64,000 nucleotides of DNA from the IMG/VR virus record IMGVR_UViG_3300045988_149624; one strand, given 5' to 3'. The notes under the pieces were generated by a model that was not told the DNA's origin, did not search any database, and saw only the letters and a list, made by a program, of their open reading frames with translations. Made by a program: the position numbers and the translations under genes. Source of the stretch: a virus. Of the stretch, positions 8,672 through 18,677 are shown one piece after another; position 1 is the first letter of the stretch; each line of letters begins with the position of its first letter.

Positions 8672-10173
8672 TGTTGCCCTAGTTATCGAGTAATCGGTTT
8701 CAAAAAATTACAAATTTAATTGCAGGTAATTCCTAAAGCCTTACACCACAATAACCCTGAAAAGAGGTTATGAAGGTACGAAAGTAGAAAAAACGTAAGG
8801 ATAAGTATATGGTTAAACCCTAAGTACTTGGATATAATGATAATAAGTAAGTTATATCAAAATGGATGTTCATGCAGGTAAGATTCTAAATTTATTTATT
8901 TAAGCTCGAATAATTTTACGAGGTGAGTAAAATAGGAAAAAAATTAAATTATAATAACGTAAAAGAATATATAAATTCTCATGGTTATATATTATTAGAT
9001 AATGAATATATCAATATACATAAAAAAATGAAAATCAAATGCCCAGAAGGACATATTTTTGAAATGTCTTTTAATAATTTTAAGAAAGGACAAAGATGTT
9101 CGATTTGTTCCTTAAATAAACAATATAAATATACATATTCTCAAATTAAAAATATTTGTAAAAATAACAACTTGATACTTTTAAATGAAAAGAAAAATTT
9201 AAATATGCGAGATATAATTAAATTTAAAAACGAAAAAGGAAATATCGAACAAGTAACACTATACACTTTTGAAAGAAGATACATCAATACAAATAAATCA
9301 GCATCAAAATCAAAATATTCTAATAAAAAACATTCTCAAGAATATATACAATCTTTGGTAAAAAAAAGAGGGTATAAGTTGTTAGAGCCATATAAAAATA
9401 AAAAAACTAAATTAAAATTGCAATGCCCTAATGGTCACTATCACGAGATTCGTTTAGATAGTTTTATAAAAGGGAGTGGATGCAAACAATGTATGATTGA
9501 GAATATGACTAACGATGTAAAAGATGTGATTACAAATCTTCAAAAAAAAGGATTTCATTTATTATCTAAATATAAAAATAATCAAGAAAAAATTGTTTTA
9601 CAATGTGAAAAAGGACATATATTTAACGCCACCTACGATAATGTAGTTAATAACAATAGTGGATGCCCTGTTTGTAATGAAAGCAAAGGAGAAAAGAATA
9701 TAAGAAAAATATTAAAAAAATATAATATTAAATATATTCCTCAATATAAATTTGATAATTGTAAATTCTATAAATGTTTGCCTTTTGATTTTTATTTGCC
9801 TGATTATAATTGTTGTATTGAATATGACGGAATACAACATTATAAAATAATAAAGCATTTTGGAGGCTATGAAACATTTATAGATAGAAAAATAAGAGAC
9901 ACAGTTAAAACCAAATTCTGTGTAGACAACAATATTAAAATAATAAGAATTTCTTATTTGGAATTTAATGATATTGAAAAAATATTAAAAAATGAGCTTA
10001 AAATAAAAGAATAAGAATAAACTTCAAAGACTATCTCGCAAGAGAGTACGACAAAGTATGTCGGATAAGGTTTGCCCCTATATAGGGTGAAGAAATAGTC
10101 TAATATCCTAATGAAAGTTAGGGCGAGAGAAATTCTCGATTTATGAAGTAACGTTCATAAAAACAATATAATG
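8669..10173 (+). mobile_element. Group I intron (boundaries +/- a few nt) carrying a homing-endonuclease ORF
   Basis: P1-like pairing GGGU(8666-8669)/GCCC(8676-8679) with U.G at the exon end. GNRA-capped hairpins at 8685-8698 (GUAA) and 10034-10045 (GCAA). AGACUAU(10028-10034)/AUAGUCU(10095-10101) pairing and a hairpin at 10124-10138. G10173 lies directly before the exon-2 codons CAC AAC CAT. Confidence 0.7.
8923..10014 (+). CDS. Intron-encoded homing endonuclease candidate: three zinc-ribbon modules plus a C-terminal Vsr/PD-(D/E)XK-like nuclease domain
   Basis: GTG start. Three repeats of GY.LL..Y.N...K...C(P/E).GH....F..G..C..C. C-terminal motif LPFDFYLP..CIEYDGIQH...RD..K. Confidence 0.65.
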   Translation: MSKIGKKLNYNNVKEYINSHGYILLDNEYINIHKKMKIKCPEGHIFEMSFNNFKKGQRCSICSLNKQYKYTYSQIKNICKNNNLILLNEKKNLNMRDIIKFKNEKGNIEQVTLYTFERRYINTNKSASKSKYSNKKHSQEYIQSLVKKRGYKLLEPYKNKKTKLKLQCPNGHYHEIRLDSFIKGSGCKQCMIENMTNDVKDVITNLQKKGFHLLSKYKNNQEKIVLQCEKGHIFNATYDNVVNNNSGCPVCNESKGEKNIRKILKKYNIKYIPQYKFDNCKFYKCLPFDFYLPDYNCCIEYDGIQHYKIIKHFGGYETFIDRKIRDTVKTKFCVDNNIKIIRISYLEFNDIEKILKNELKIKE

Positions 10174-10710
10174 CACAACCATACATACAGTAGAAGTATT
10201 CCACTATACACAGGATATAAAGGAGCGACATATGATTCTTCTACTAGAAAGTTCACACTTGCACCATATAACAATTATGTAGATGTTGTATCTACTGGTT
10301 CTACTCAATTAAAAATAGTAGATGAAAGTATAACAAGAACAGCTAATAAGGCTGATGGAACGTATTATATAATGTGTCAAGCGACAGGCTATAAGCAAAA
10401 GGGTAAGGAAAAAGCTATTAATTTACCTAGTGGACAAAATTTATTAAAAACTGAAAATCCAAGCTCTATACATGACAATGGTAATGGTCAACCTTGGTGG
10501 TATGCTTATACAGGTACTCTGCCAGTACAACCAACATACATTATGGTGGACTTTGGATATGATAAAGTCACATTTAATATGTATTATATTAAAGATGTAC
10601 TTACTAAAGATTTAGAAGAAAAAATTACAGTAAATGATTTTGACCCTACTAAGAATGAAAGAGTTTTATTTGATACACTTACTGTTAATTATTCAGACAG
10701 AAATAAATAA
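10171..10710 (+). CDS. Metallophosphoesterase tail protein, exon 2
   Basis: Begins (M)HNHTYSRS, which completes VDFVLCG|HNH = GHxH. The ATG at 10171 is probably intron sequence rather than a real start. Confidence 0.7.
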   Translation: MHNHTYSRSIPLYTGYKGATYDSSTRKFTLAPYNNYVDVVSTGSTQLKIVDESITRTANKADGTYYIMCQATGYKQKGKEKAINLPSGQNLLKTENPSSIHDNGNGQPWWYAYTGTLPVQPTYIMVDFGYDKVTFNMYYIKDVLTKDLEEKITVNDFDPTKNERVLFDTLTVNYSDRNK

Positions 10711-10721
10711 GAGGTGATTAA

Positions 10722-13700
10722 ATGCCTACAATAAGAAAATATAATAAAGAAACAGAGAAATATAAAAGAATAGCTACCTCCGATGCGTTGGAGGTGGCTA
10801 TTTTAGACGCAGAAGGAAATTTTGAATCTGATAATGTAGAAGGTGCTTTAAGAGAATTAGGAGACGCTAAGGGGCAAATAGAAGTTAATAGAGGCATTAT
10901 AGACGCTGTTAATTCTACTCTTACTGACCATATTAAAAATCACCCAAGTGGTGGGGGTGGCGGAGGCACAATGCCTACTATAAGCACCGACTGGAACGAA
11001 ACTTCTATTGACGGAGATAAAGACTTTACAATTCCTATTTATTTTACATCTCCCAATTTAGGAGAAGGTACTTTATATGTCTTAATTAATAATGTAGAAA
11101 CATCTATACAGACAATTTCTCAAGGTAACAATACTATTAAAATACCTGCTTTAGGGAGTGGTAAAAAAAGACTTTCTATTTATGTAAGAGATAGAGGACA
11201 ACTTATGTCTAATCAATTAACATGGGATATTGTTTGTGGTGGTATCAAACTAACTGTAACGATGAACACAGATATAGATTATACTCTTAAAGATAGAATA
11301 TTATTAACTTACAATATAGACTGTGATTTACAAACTGATATAAATACGATTATTACTATTGACGGAACAGAATATACAGTTAAATCCAATAAAGGGTATA
11401 ACTCTTATGAAATTAAGGGTTTAACAGTAGGGGTTCATAAAGTTGAAATATATGCAACCGCTGATGTTTATTCTACTCCTTCTCAAGTATTTAATGTTAT
11501 AGTTGTTGCTACAGAACAATTGTTTATAACCTCAACATTTGACACAACTAAACAATATGAAAAGGGTCAGCCTATGAATATTAATTACAGAGTCTCTATA
11601 GCAAACACAGATTATTATACTATTAATATGTATGTTGATGATTTTGAAAAACCTATTAAGACATTATCTCAACAACCCGGAAACTACTATTGGACTTTTA
11701 CTCCTGAATTTGAGTTAGGAAAACATACTTTAAGAATAGAAGCTTATAACTCTGATAAGAGTAAAACTGCCACATTAGATTTGCCTTTTGAATTAGTTGC
11801 TTCTAGTTATCAAGCTATGGAATATGTTAGTACAGGTCTAATAGCTTCTTTCAATGCGAAAAATAGAACTAATTCAGATGTTGACAGAGGGTATTGGGTA
11901 GACGATATAAATGGATATATAGGAAGATTGTATAATTCAAATTATGGTACTAACGGTTGGATAGACGGAGAATTAGTATTAAATGGTAACACATATGTAG
12001 AGATTGATATGACTCCTTTTAGTGATAATGTAACTAGAGGATTCACTTTAGACATGGTATTTAGTGTGGAGGATATAGGTAATCCTTTAGCTAGAGTTAT
12101 AGACTGCACAAGTCTTTCTGCTCCTTATCCGGGGCTATATGTTAATCCTTATAAGGCTAATTTGGCTACTGTATCTCATAAGACAGAATTAGATATAGGG
12201 CAAGGAGAAGATATACAGATTACTTTTATGATTGATAGGGTTTCTAAATTTGGTAAGGTATTCATCAACGGAGTATGTTGTGACCCATTCCAATTATCAG
12301 ATTCATCTTCTGGTAGCCAAATAATATATGAGCAAATTAAACACGAAGAAAAAATATATTTAAATAGTGAAAAAGGGACAAGTAATTTTGGCTCTTGCAA
12401 AATAAAAAGAATAATGATGTATGAAAGAGAATTATCAGACGAAGAGGTTCTTCAAAATAGAATAGCAGATATGAAAATAGAAGAGCAAGAAGAAGAATAT
12501 AACAAAAACTATAATGATGCTTATATGCCTTGTATGTACATTTATGGAGATATAAGCAATATGACTTTAACAAATAAAAAAGAAGTTAGAATAAAATATG
12601 TTTCACCTAATGCTGATTTATATGGGTCATCTTTTGAATATCCTAGATGTAAAATGTATTGGCAAGGGACTTCTTCTATTCAATATGCTAATAAGAATTT
12701 TAATATAGAACTAGGAGATAGTGACGGAAATCAAGTATTTTATACTCCTTTTAAGAATGGTATTTTAGAATATTTATTCTGTTTAAAATGTAATCAAATG
12801 GAATCTTCTAATGTTATGAATACAGGGTCTGCTATGTTTGTTAATGACAACTTATATGTAGAAAAGAATCCTGCCCAATTAAAGAATGATAAAGTTAGAC
12901 AGGCTATTGAAGGTTTCCCTATACTTTTATATATAAATGATGAATTTGTCGGACTGTATGATTTCAACTTAGATAGATATAGTTATCGTTCTTATGGATA
13001 TAACTTATTTGATAAGTGTTTAGCTTATGAAGTATCAGCCAACTCTGACACAACAGCAGGTGCTTTTAATTCTTGGACTTCTTCTAGTGGTAAGACAGAA
13101 CAAAATTATTATGCTTCTGATTTTGAATGTTTATATCCTCCAAGTAGACAAAATGGTAATGACAACTTTGCAGAATTAAAAACATTAGTTGATTTCGTAA
13201 GTGGTGCAGATGAAGATTTATTTAAAGAACAGTTTGATACTTATTTTGATAGACAGTCTGTATTTAGATATTATTTATTTGTACAAGTATTTGGGGGAAT
13301 AGATTCTCTGGGAAAAAATATGAAAATAGTTACATTTGATGGTATAAAATGGTATTTGCAAGTATATGACTTAGATAGTTTAATGGGGTTAGACAATACT
13401 GGTGCATTAACGTTTGATGTTGACATAGAAGTTGAAAGTGGAGTATTTAATACATCTAATTCTAAACTATGGAGTAAAATTAGACTTTATTTTGCTAATG
13501 AATTAAAACAAGAATATATTAATATGAGAAATGGTGTATTCACACTTGAAAATATGTATAAATATTTTTACGATAATCAGATGGATAAAATACCTGTAAG
13601 ATACTATAATAAATCTACTGAATATAAATATTTAAGATTTGGTGCAAAATATTTATATGCCTGTCATGGTAATAGATATTTCCAAATAAAAAGATGGTTA

Positions 13701-16700
13701 AAAGAAAGATTGTTATATTGTGATACTTTATTCGGATATGAACCTTCTACTTCTAATTTTGTTACTGTTCGTTGTAATAAACAAGGTAAGGTTTCGATGA
13801 ACATATCGACTTATAGTCCTATGTATTTATCTGTAAAATGGAGAGACGAAGCAGATGGCAGCGGAACACAAACATTAAAAATACCTAGAAATAAATCAGT
13901 TAAATTTAGTTATACGATTCCTACTGCTACAGATCAGGAAGTTATTATATATGGGGCAGAATACATCAAGTCTTTAGGAGATTTAAGTACCTGCAATCCA
14001 ACTCACTTACTTTTATCAAATGCTACGAGAATAAATGAGGTAATATGTAGAAACAGTTCAAAATTAGTAAATGCAGAAATAAATGGTTGCAGCTATTTAC
14101 AAAAAATAGATTTTAACGGCTGTTCTAATTTAGGTAGTTTAACCAGTTATCAGGTTATGGAATTAGCTACCTGTCAAAACTTGAAATATTTAGATATAAG
14201 AGGAACAAAAATGACAGGGGTAAACTTTGATAATAATGGTGGTAACTTAGAGGAAATATATCTTCCTAAAACAATAACATCATTATACTTGAGAAACCAA
14301 TATGCTTTAAAAATTGTAGGTTTGACAAGTGTTAGTTGGTATTCTCCATTTCATACAGAAGCTTTAAGTGGAGCAAGTGATATAACATCATTTACATTAA
14401 TTAATTGTCCTTTAGTAGAAAGACTTACTACCCGTTCAGATATAAGTATGAGTGGATGGAATCAAACATTTTATGATTTTAATGGGAATGCAAGGAATGT
14501 GGATACATTAGGAGATTATGAAGACGCTACTAAGTTTAGAAAGATGGCTCTTTTTGGACTAGGATTATGTAATGCAACTTCTATTCATATAGAAAACAGT
14601 ATGTTATCTACTAGATATATGTCTTTTAGATTTAATTATAGACTAGAAGAATTAACATTAAAATACCTACCTAATCTTCAAGAGTTGACTATTGGAGAAA
14701 CTCAAACAGGACATAGATGGAATGTAACAGATGATATGTGTGGTTCTTTTGATTTTAATAATATTAATATCACAGAATGTCCTAATATAAAAACATTTAG
14801 AATACATCAATATGATGAGAGACAACCTAAATGGTTTAATAGTGGAACTAATGTAATAGATTTAACTAAGTTTGAAAATCTTGAAACATTTACTTGTAAT
14901 ATTACTACTCAAGATTTAAACACGATAATTCTTCCTTCTACATTAAAGATGATATGGATTAAGCCGATGTGTGGATTCTCTAGTACTAATTATCCTAATA
15001 ATTGTTTAAAATCAAAATGCACTCTAAAGAATATATATTTTAAGGAAGACCATCCAAACGGATATGAAGGAATAGACTTTGGAAATAGGGAATTAACAGA
15101 ATTATGTTTATCTGGGGTAATACAGTCAACAGGAACAATAACTGGGGTAAATACTAAAAATACTTATGTTAGTCCTGTATTTAATAATATGAATGAAAAA
15201 GAAAGAGGTTCTGAATCTTATCCTGAAGTAAAAGTCCAAGGGAAAATAGACTTATCTAATTATGATTGGACGGAAGCATACTGGTGGTTCACAAATGTTA
15301 ATTTTACTTCTGATAATTTAGAATTTATTATGCCTAATGACTGGGATTATCTAATAGATACTCGCTTGAAAAGAGTAAGAGGGGTATTCTTTGATTGTAC
15401 AAACCCAAATTTTACTTGGGAATTTGCAGGTAGATTTTTTAAATTATTACAAGACAGAGATGATTTAGGAAAAACATATAAATATGCAACACTTCAAGAA
15501 CAATCTTCTTATGAAGAACAGGCAGTTACAATAGAAAATAATTATGATATAGCAGATTATAACTATGGAGACACACCTTTTGTTGGTTCTAATCTTAAAT
15601 ACATTAGAGAATGTAATTTTAAAGGAAATGCTATAGCATATGGTACTTTCAGAAATTCAAATCTTGTAAAAGTTGGAACAATTACTTGTAGTGGCTCAAA
15701 TGTATGGTGGAGTTCCGAAAGTTTATTCCAAAACAGTAAAAACTTAGAAGAAGTAGAGTGTATCAATATGACTGGAGCTAATAGTACTACAAACTGGTTT
15801 GCTAGTTGTCCTAAATTAAAAAGAGTTGGAACAGTAAATGTAAATGCTAAGAATATAAATCAAATGTATGCTTATTGTCCTCAGCTAACAGAATTAGCAT
15901 TACCTACTTTAACTAATTTAGAGAGAATGAGTGGGTTTGTTAGAGGGTGCACTTCTTTAACTGAATTACATCTTAATGAAATAACAGAAAACACTCCTTT
16001 AGAATATATGGACTGGGCATTTAGAGATTGCCCTAATTTAACTTCTGTAACTATTGGAGGAACTACTCTACCCCCAACATTGGTAACAATGGAGGGAGCG
16101 TATTATGGAGATAAAAAGCTTACAAAAGTAATTCCTTTACCTAATGATTTTAGTAATAAATGTAGTATGCGTTCTTGTTGTTATGGTTGTTCTTCATTAA
16201 CAGATGATAATATATATAAAACTCTTCCATATAATGTAAGTAATATGGATTATATTTATTATGCTTGTCATGGATTGACAAATCCGTCTATAGTAGTCAA
16301 TTCTGACAGAACAAGTTCTCAATCTTGTTTTGAGGGGTGTGCAAACATAAAATCTGTTAGAGCAGAATTTAATGGTACATATTCTTATGGATTTAATAAT
16401 TTCTGTAATAACTGTGGAGAACTCACAGATGCTTATATTAAATTCCCTTATTCTCTATATTTTAATGATGATGCACAGACTTGCTCTGAAAATGGGAATA
16501 TATTTGCTTATTGTAAAAAGCTTATAAACGTAGAGTTGAATATGACTAGATTAGAAAGTAAATCAGATTTTAGAGCAATGTTTAGACAGGATAAATATAT
16601 AGAATCTATAAAAGGATTTGATTTAAGCAATCTTCATAGAGATGATAGAAGACCAAATGATAACGCTTGGTATTTTACTTATGATACATCTTTTGAATTT

Positions 16701-16928
16701 ATGAAGGATTGGGTATTTGCGACAGACGAAAATGGTAATACTAAAAAATTAACAAATTCATATAAGATGTATAATTTAGAATTAACTCCTGCTGCTACTA
16801 TAGAATCTCTTATGAATGGGTTAGGAACAGTACAAGCAGAAACATTAACATTAGGTCAAGCAACCTTAAATAGGCTATCGGAAGAACAAAAAGCTAATGC
16901 AGTAGCAAATGGTTGGACTTTAGCGTAG
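10722..16928 (+). CDS. Giant tail fibre/receptor-binding protein: Gly linker, Ig-like repeats, LamG-like domain, CotH-kinase-like domain, BspA-type leucine-rich repeats
   Basis: AGAGGTGA RBS. LVLNGNTYVEIDM..GKVFINGVC (LamG-like). FRYYLFVQVFGGIDSLGKNMKIVTFDGIKWYLQVYDLDSLMG (CotH-like). Repeated F..C..L..V......(M/F)..C..LT in the C-terminal third. Confidence 0.75.
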   Translation: MPTIRKYNKETEKYKRIATSDALEVAILDAEGNFESDNVEGALRELGDAKGQIEVNRGIIDAVNSTLTDHIKNHPSGGGGGGTMPTISTDWNETSIDGDKDFTIPIYFTSPNLGEGTLYVLINNVETSIQTISQGNNTIKIPALGSGKKRLSIYVRDRGQLMSNQLTWDIVCGGIKLTVTMNTDIDYTLKDRILLTYNIDCDLQTDINTIITIDGTEYTVKSNKGYNSYEIKGLTVGVHKVEIYATADVYSTPSQVFNVIVVATEQLFITSTFDTTKQYEKGQPMNINYRVSIANTDYYTINMYVDDFEKPIKTLSQQPGNYYWTFTPEFELGKHTLRIEAYNSDKSKTATLDLPFELVASSYQAMEYVSTGLIASFNAKNRTNSDVDRGYWVDDINGYIGRLYNSNYGTNGWIDGELVLNGNTYVEIDMTPFSDNVTRGFTLDMVFSVEDIGNPLARVIDCTSLSAPYPGLYVNPYKANLATVSHKTELDIGQGEDIQITFMIDRVSKFGKVFINGVCCDPFQLSDSSSGSQIIYEQIKHEEKIYLNSEKGTSNFGSCKIKRIMMYERELSDEEVLQNRIADMKIEEQEEEYNKNYNDAYMPCMYIYGDISNMTLTNKKEVRIKYVSPNADLYGSSFEYPRCKMYWQGTSSIQYANKNFNIELGDSDGNQVFYTPFKNGILEYLFCLKCNQMESSNVMNTGSAMFVNDNLYVEKNPAQLKNDKVRQAIEGFPILLYINDEFVGLYDFNLDRYSYRSYGYNLFDKCLAYEVSANSDTTAGAFNSWTSSSGKTEQNYYASDFECLYPPSRQNGNDNFAELKTLVDFVSGADEDLFKEQFDTYFDRQSVFRYYLFVQVFGGIDSLGKNMKIVTFDGIKWYLQVYDLDSLMGLDNTGALTFDVDIEVESGVFNTSNSKLWSKIRLYFANELKQEYINMRNGVFTLENMYKYFYDNQMDKIPVRYYNKSTEYKYLRFGAKYLYACHGNRYFQIKRWLKERLLYCDTLFGYEPSTSNFVTVRCNKQGKVSMNISTYSPMYLSVKWRDEADGSGTQTLKIPRNKSVKFSYTIPTATDQEVIIYGAEYIKSLGDLSTCNPTHLLLSNATRINEVICRNSSKLVNAEINGCSYLQKIDFNGCSNLGSLTSYQVMELATCQNLKYLDIRGTKMTGVNFDNNGGNLEEIYLPKTITSLYLRNQYALKIVGLTSVSWYSPFHTEALSGASDITSFTLINCPLVERLTTRSDISMSGWNQTFYDFNGNARNVDTLGDYEDATKFRKMALFGLGLCNATSIHIENSMLSTRYMSFRFNYRLEELTLKYLPNLQELTIGETQTGHRWNVTDDMCGSFDFNNINITECPNIKTFRIHQYDERQPKWFNSGTNVIDLTKFENLETFTCNITTQDLNTIILPSTLKMIWIKPMCGFSSTNYPNNCLKSKCTLKNIYFKEDHPNGYEGIDFGNRELTELCLSGVIQSTGTITGVNTKNTYVSPVFNNMNEKERGSESYPEVKVQGKIDLSNYDWTEAYWWFTNVNFTSDNLEFIMPNDWDYLIDTRLKRVRGVFFDCTNPNFTWEFAGRFFKLLQDRDDLGKTYKYATLQEQSSYEEQAVTIENNYDIADYNYGDTPFVGSNLKYIRECNFKGNAIAYGTFRNSNLVKVGTITCSGSNVWWSSESLFQNSKNLEEVECINMTGANSTTNWFASCPKLKRVGTVNVNAKNINQMYAYCPQLTELALPTLTNLERMSGFVRGCTSLTELHLNEITENTPLEYMDWAFRDCPNLTSVTIGGTTLPPTLVTMEGAYYGDKKLTKVIPLPNDFSNKCSMRSCCYGCSSLTDDNIYKTLPYNVSNMDYIYYACHGLTNPSIVVNSDRTSSQSCFEGCANIKSVRAEFNGTYSYGFNNFCNNCGELTDAYIKFPYSLYFNDDAQTCSENGNIFAYCKKLINVELNMTRLESKSDFRAMFRQDKYIESIKGFDLSNLHRDDRRPNDNAWYFTYDTSFEFMKDWVFATDENGNTKKLTNSYKMYNLELTPAATIESLMNGLGTVQAETLTLGQATLNRLSEEQKANAVANGWTLA

Positions 16929-16936
16929 GTGATTAT

Positions 16937-17518
16937 ATGAATAATATAGAAATAATAGAAAAAAAAGGTTATAGAATATTAAGACCAAAAGAGGGTTATA
17001 TCCTTTATAAAGATGGAGAAATCTTTGAAGGAGATGTGATACTAGGAGTCAATGCGACTCCTAGTGCTTATTCTACTATAGAGGATGTAAATTATAAAGA
17101 AATACAAAAGAAAATTGAAGAATTAGACCCTCTTAAAGAATTAAAAGAACAGAGAATTGAGTTGAGCAAAAATAATTTAGCACAATATCTTAAAGATAAT
17201 CCATTATTTTCTACTGTTAAGTATGAAGAAGGAAGATATTATAATGTGACAATGGAGAAACAACAGTTGTTAACAAGTACTTTGCTTTCATATCAGTTAG
17301 ATAATATCTTTGGAACAGAATCAAACTTGAAATGGAATGACACCAAAAATGTATGCGAACCTTATTCTTTTGAACAGTTAGGGAGATTGTCTAAAGAAAT
17401 AAAATTATATGTTGAGCCATTAGTAGAAAAACAACAACAAATGGAAGTTAATATTAGAAATTGCAAAACAGAAGAAGAAGTGTTTAGTATTAAATTAGAT
17501 TTTGAAGGAGTTGATTAG
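16937..17518 (+). CDS. Hypothetical protein (possible fibre-assembly factor)
   Basis: Start set to the ATG 6 nt after AGGTGA. No recognisable motif. Confidence 0.55.
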   Translation: MNNIEIIEKKGYRILRPKEGYILYKDGEIFEGDVILGVNATPSAYSTIEDVNYKEIQKKIEELDPLKELKEQRIELSKNNLAQYLKDNPLFSTVKYEEGRYYNVTMEKQQLLTSTLLSYQLDNIFGTESNLKWNDTKNVCEPYSFEQLGRLSKEIKLYVEPLVEKQQQMEVNIRNCKTEEEVFSIKLDFEGVD

Positions 17519-18316
17519 ATGAAAGAGTTAATTGATTATTTTAATGAAAAATATACTAAAAAGAAAGAGTATATTTGTAAAGATTTAAACCCTATTAAAT
17601 TATTAAATAGCGATGAATACGATAATTTTAGGGGTGAAGCTGGTTTAATAATCCTACAAAAACTTCAATATTATCCATTATTTAAAGTGCCGAAGATAAA
17701 AAATAATAGACCAGCATCTATTGGTTATATTTTAAAAACGGATAATGAAGAATATAAAGGGAGCATGAAACAAGTTGTAAGAAACGGGCATAAACTAAAT
17801 GCATATAGCAATCCTTATATTAGAATTGCAATAAACGGAGACGAGGTTGCTTTAGATAAAAATAATATATCTATAAACGTAAATAACTGTTCTTTAACAT
17901 TATATATAGATTCTCCTGAGCTACCTAAATTAGAATATCCTAAAAATAAAATGGATATGTATAGAGCGTTAAATTTTATAGAGGCAGTATGCTATTCTAT
18001 TTATGACATTAATTTATTTGGGCTTTTTAATGAGGCAATGAATGATATCTTCTCCCCTAATAATATAGATGAAATTGATTTATTTTTAGAAAATTCTCTA
18101 TTTTGTGTTGGTTTTAACATTAGAAACAATGCTTATTTTGTAAATCCTGATAAAGATAATTACTATACAATATTAGATGCAATCAAAAAAGGAAAAGCAA
18201 TATATAAAGATTTAGAGACACCCCTTGTTAATTGGAAGATAAATAAAGAAGAAAAAGTAATATATTTAGGAGAGCTAATGGCTACCGAAAAAGGTTTAGG
18301 ACTACCACCAAACTAG
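17519..18316 (+). CDS. Member A of the shared N-terminal-module family (divergent)
   Basis: MKELIDYFNEKY at the N-terminus and a later EYPKNKMDMYRALNFIE segment resemble the MN.LIKYFNE.Y..YPRTT.QIYR.YQ.IK module. Confidence 0.6.
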   Translation: MKELIDYFNEKYTKKKEYICKDLNPIKLLNSDEYDNFRGEAGLIILQKLQYYPLFKVPKIKNNRPASIGYILKTDNEEYKGSMKQVVRNGHKLNAYSNPYIRIAINGDEVALDKNNISINVNNCSLTLYIDSPELPKLEYPKNKMDMYRALNFIEAVCYSIYDINLFGLFNEAMNDIFSPNNIDEIDLFLENSLFCVGFNIRNNAYFVNPDKDNYYTILDAIKKGKAIYKDLETPLVNWKINKEEKVIYLGELMATEKGLGLPPN

Positions 18317-18329
18317 AAAGGAGTTTAAA

Positions 18330-18677
18330 ATGAACGAATTAATTAAATTATATAACAATAAATATTCTAAAATAGAATATCCAAAAACTAAATTAGATTT
18401 TTACTATGTTTATTTATTTTTACAAAATAAAATAAATGAATATGATGATGGTGAATTAAGAAAATTATTTGAAAAAATAGAAATTCCAAAACCAACAACT
18501 CTTAAAGAATTGGATATATATAGAGAGTGTGTTGACTTTATTAATGGTATTAGAATTTCTAAAACAGGAAACAAAAGTACTCATTCTCTTAGTGATACTT
18601 CCTATAGATTGGGGTTTCATGAAGTTTATGAAGAAAATGGATATTTATATTATTATCTTGAAGGGGGAATGGAGTAA
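18330..18677 (+). CDS. Member B of the shared N-terminal-module family (short, 115 aa)
   Basis: MNELIKLYNNKYSKIEYPKTKLDFYYVYLFLQ...EKIEIPKPTTLKELDIY. Confidence 0.6.
   Translation: MNELIKLYNNKYSKIEYPKTKLDFYYVYLFLQNKINEYDDGELRKLFEKIEIPKPTTLKELDIYRECVDFINGIRISKTGNKSTHSLSDTSYRLGFHEVYEENGYLYYYLEGGME

Noticed and set aside
10948-10967. G-rich island GTGGTGGGGGTGGCGGAGGC in an otherwise AT-rich genome (possible G-quadruplex or regulatory site)
   Set aside because: It lies in frame and encodes the SGGGGGG linker of the giant fibre. The coding explanation is sufficient.
12176-12573. Minus-strand ORFs 12176..12400 and 12337..12573 (also 15563..15766, 25526..25762, 27423..27638, 21733..21948, 22304..22606)
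   Set aside because: All are antisense to long + strand structural genes. These are typical AT-rich spurious frames.
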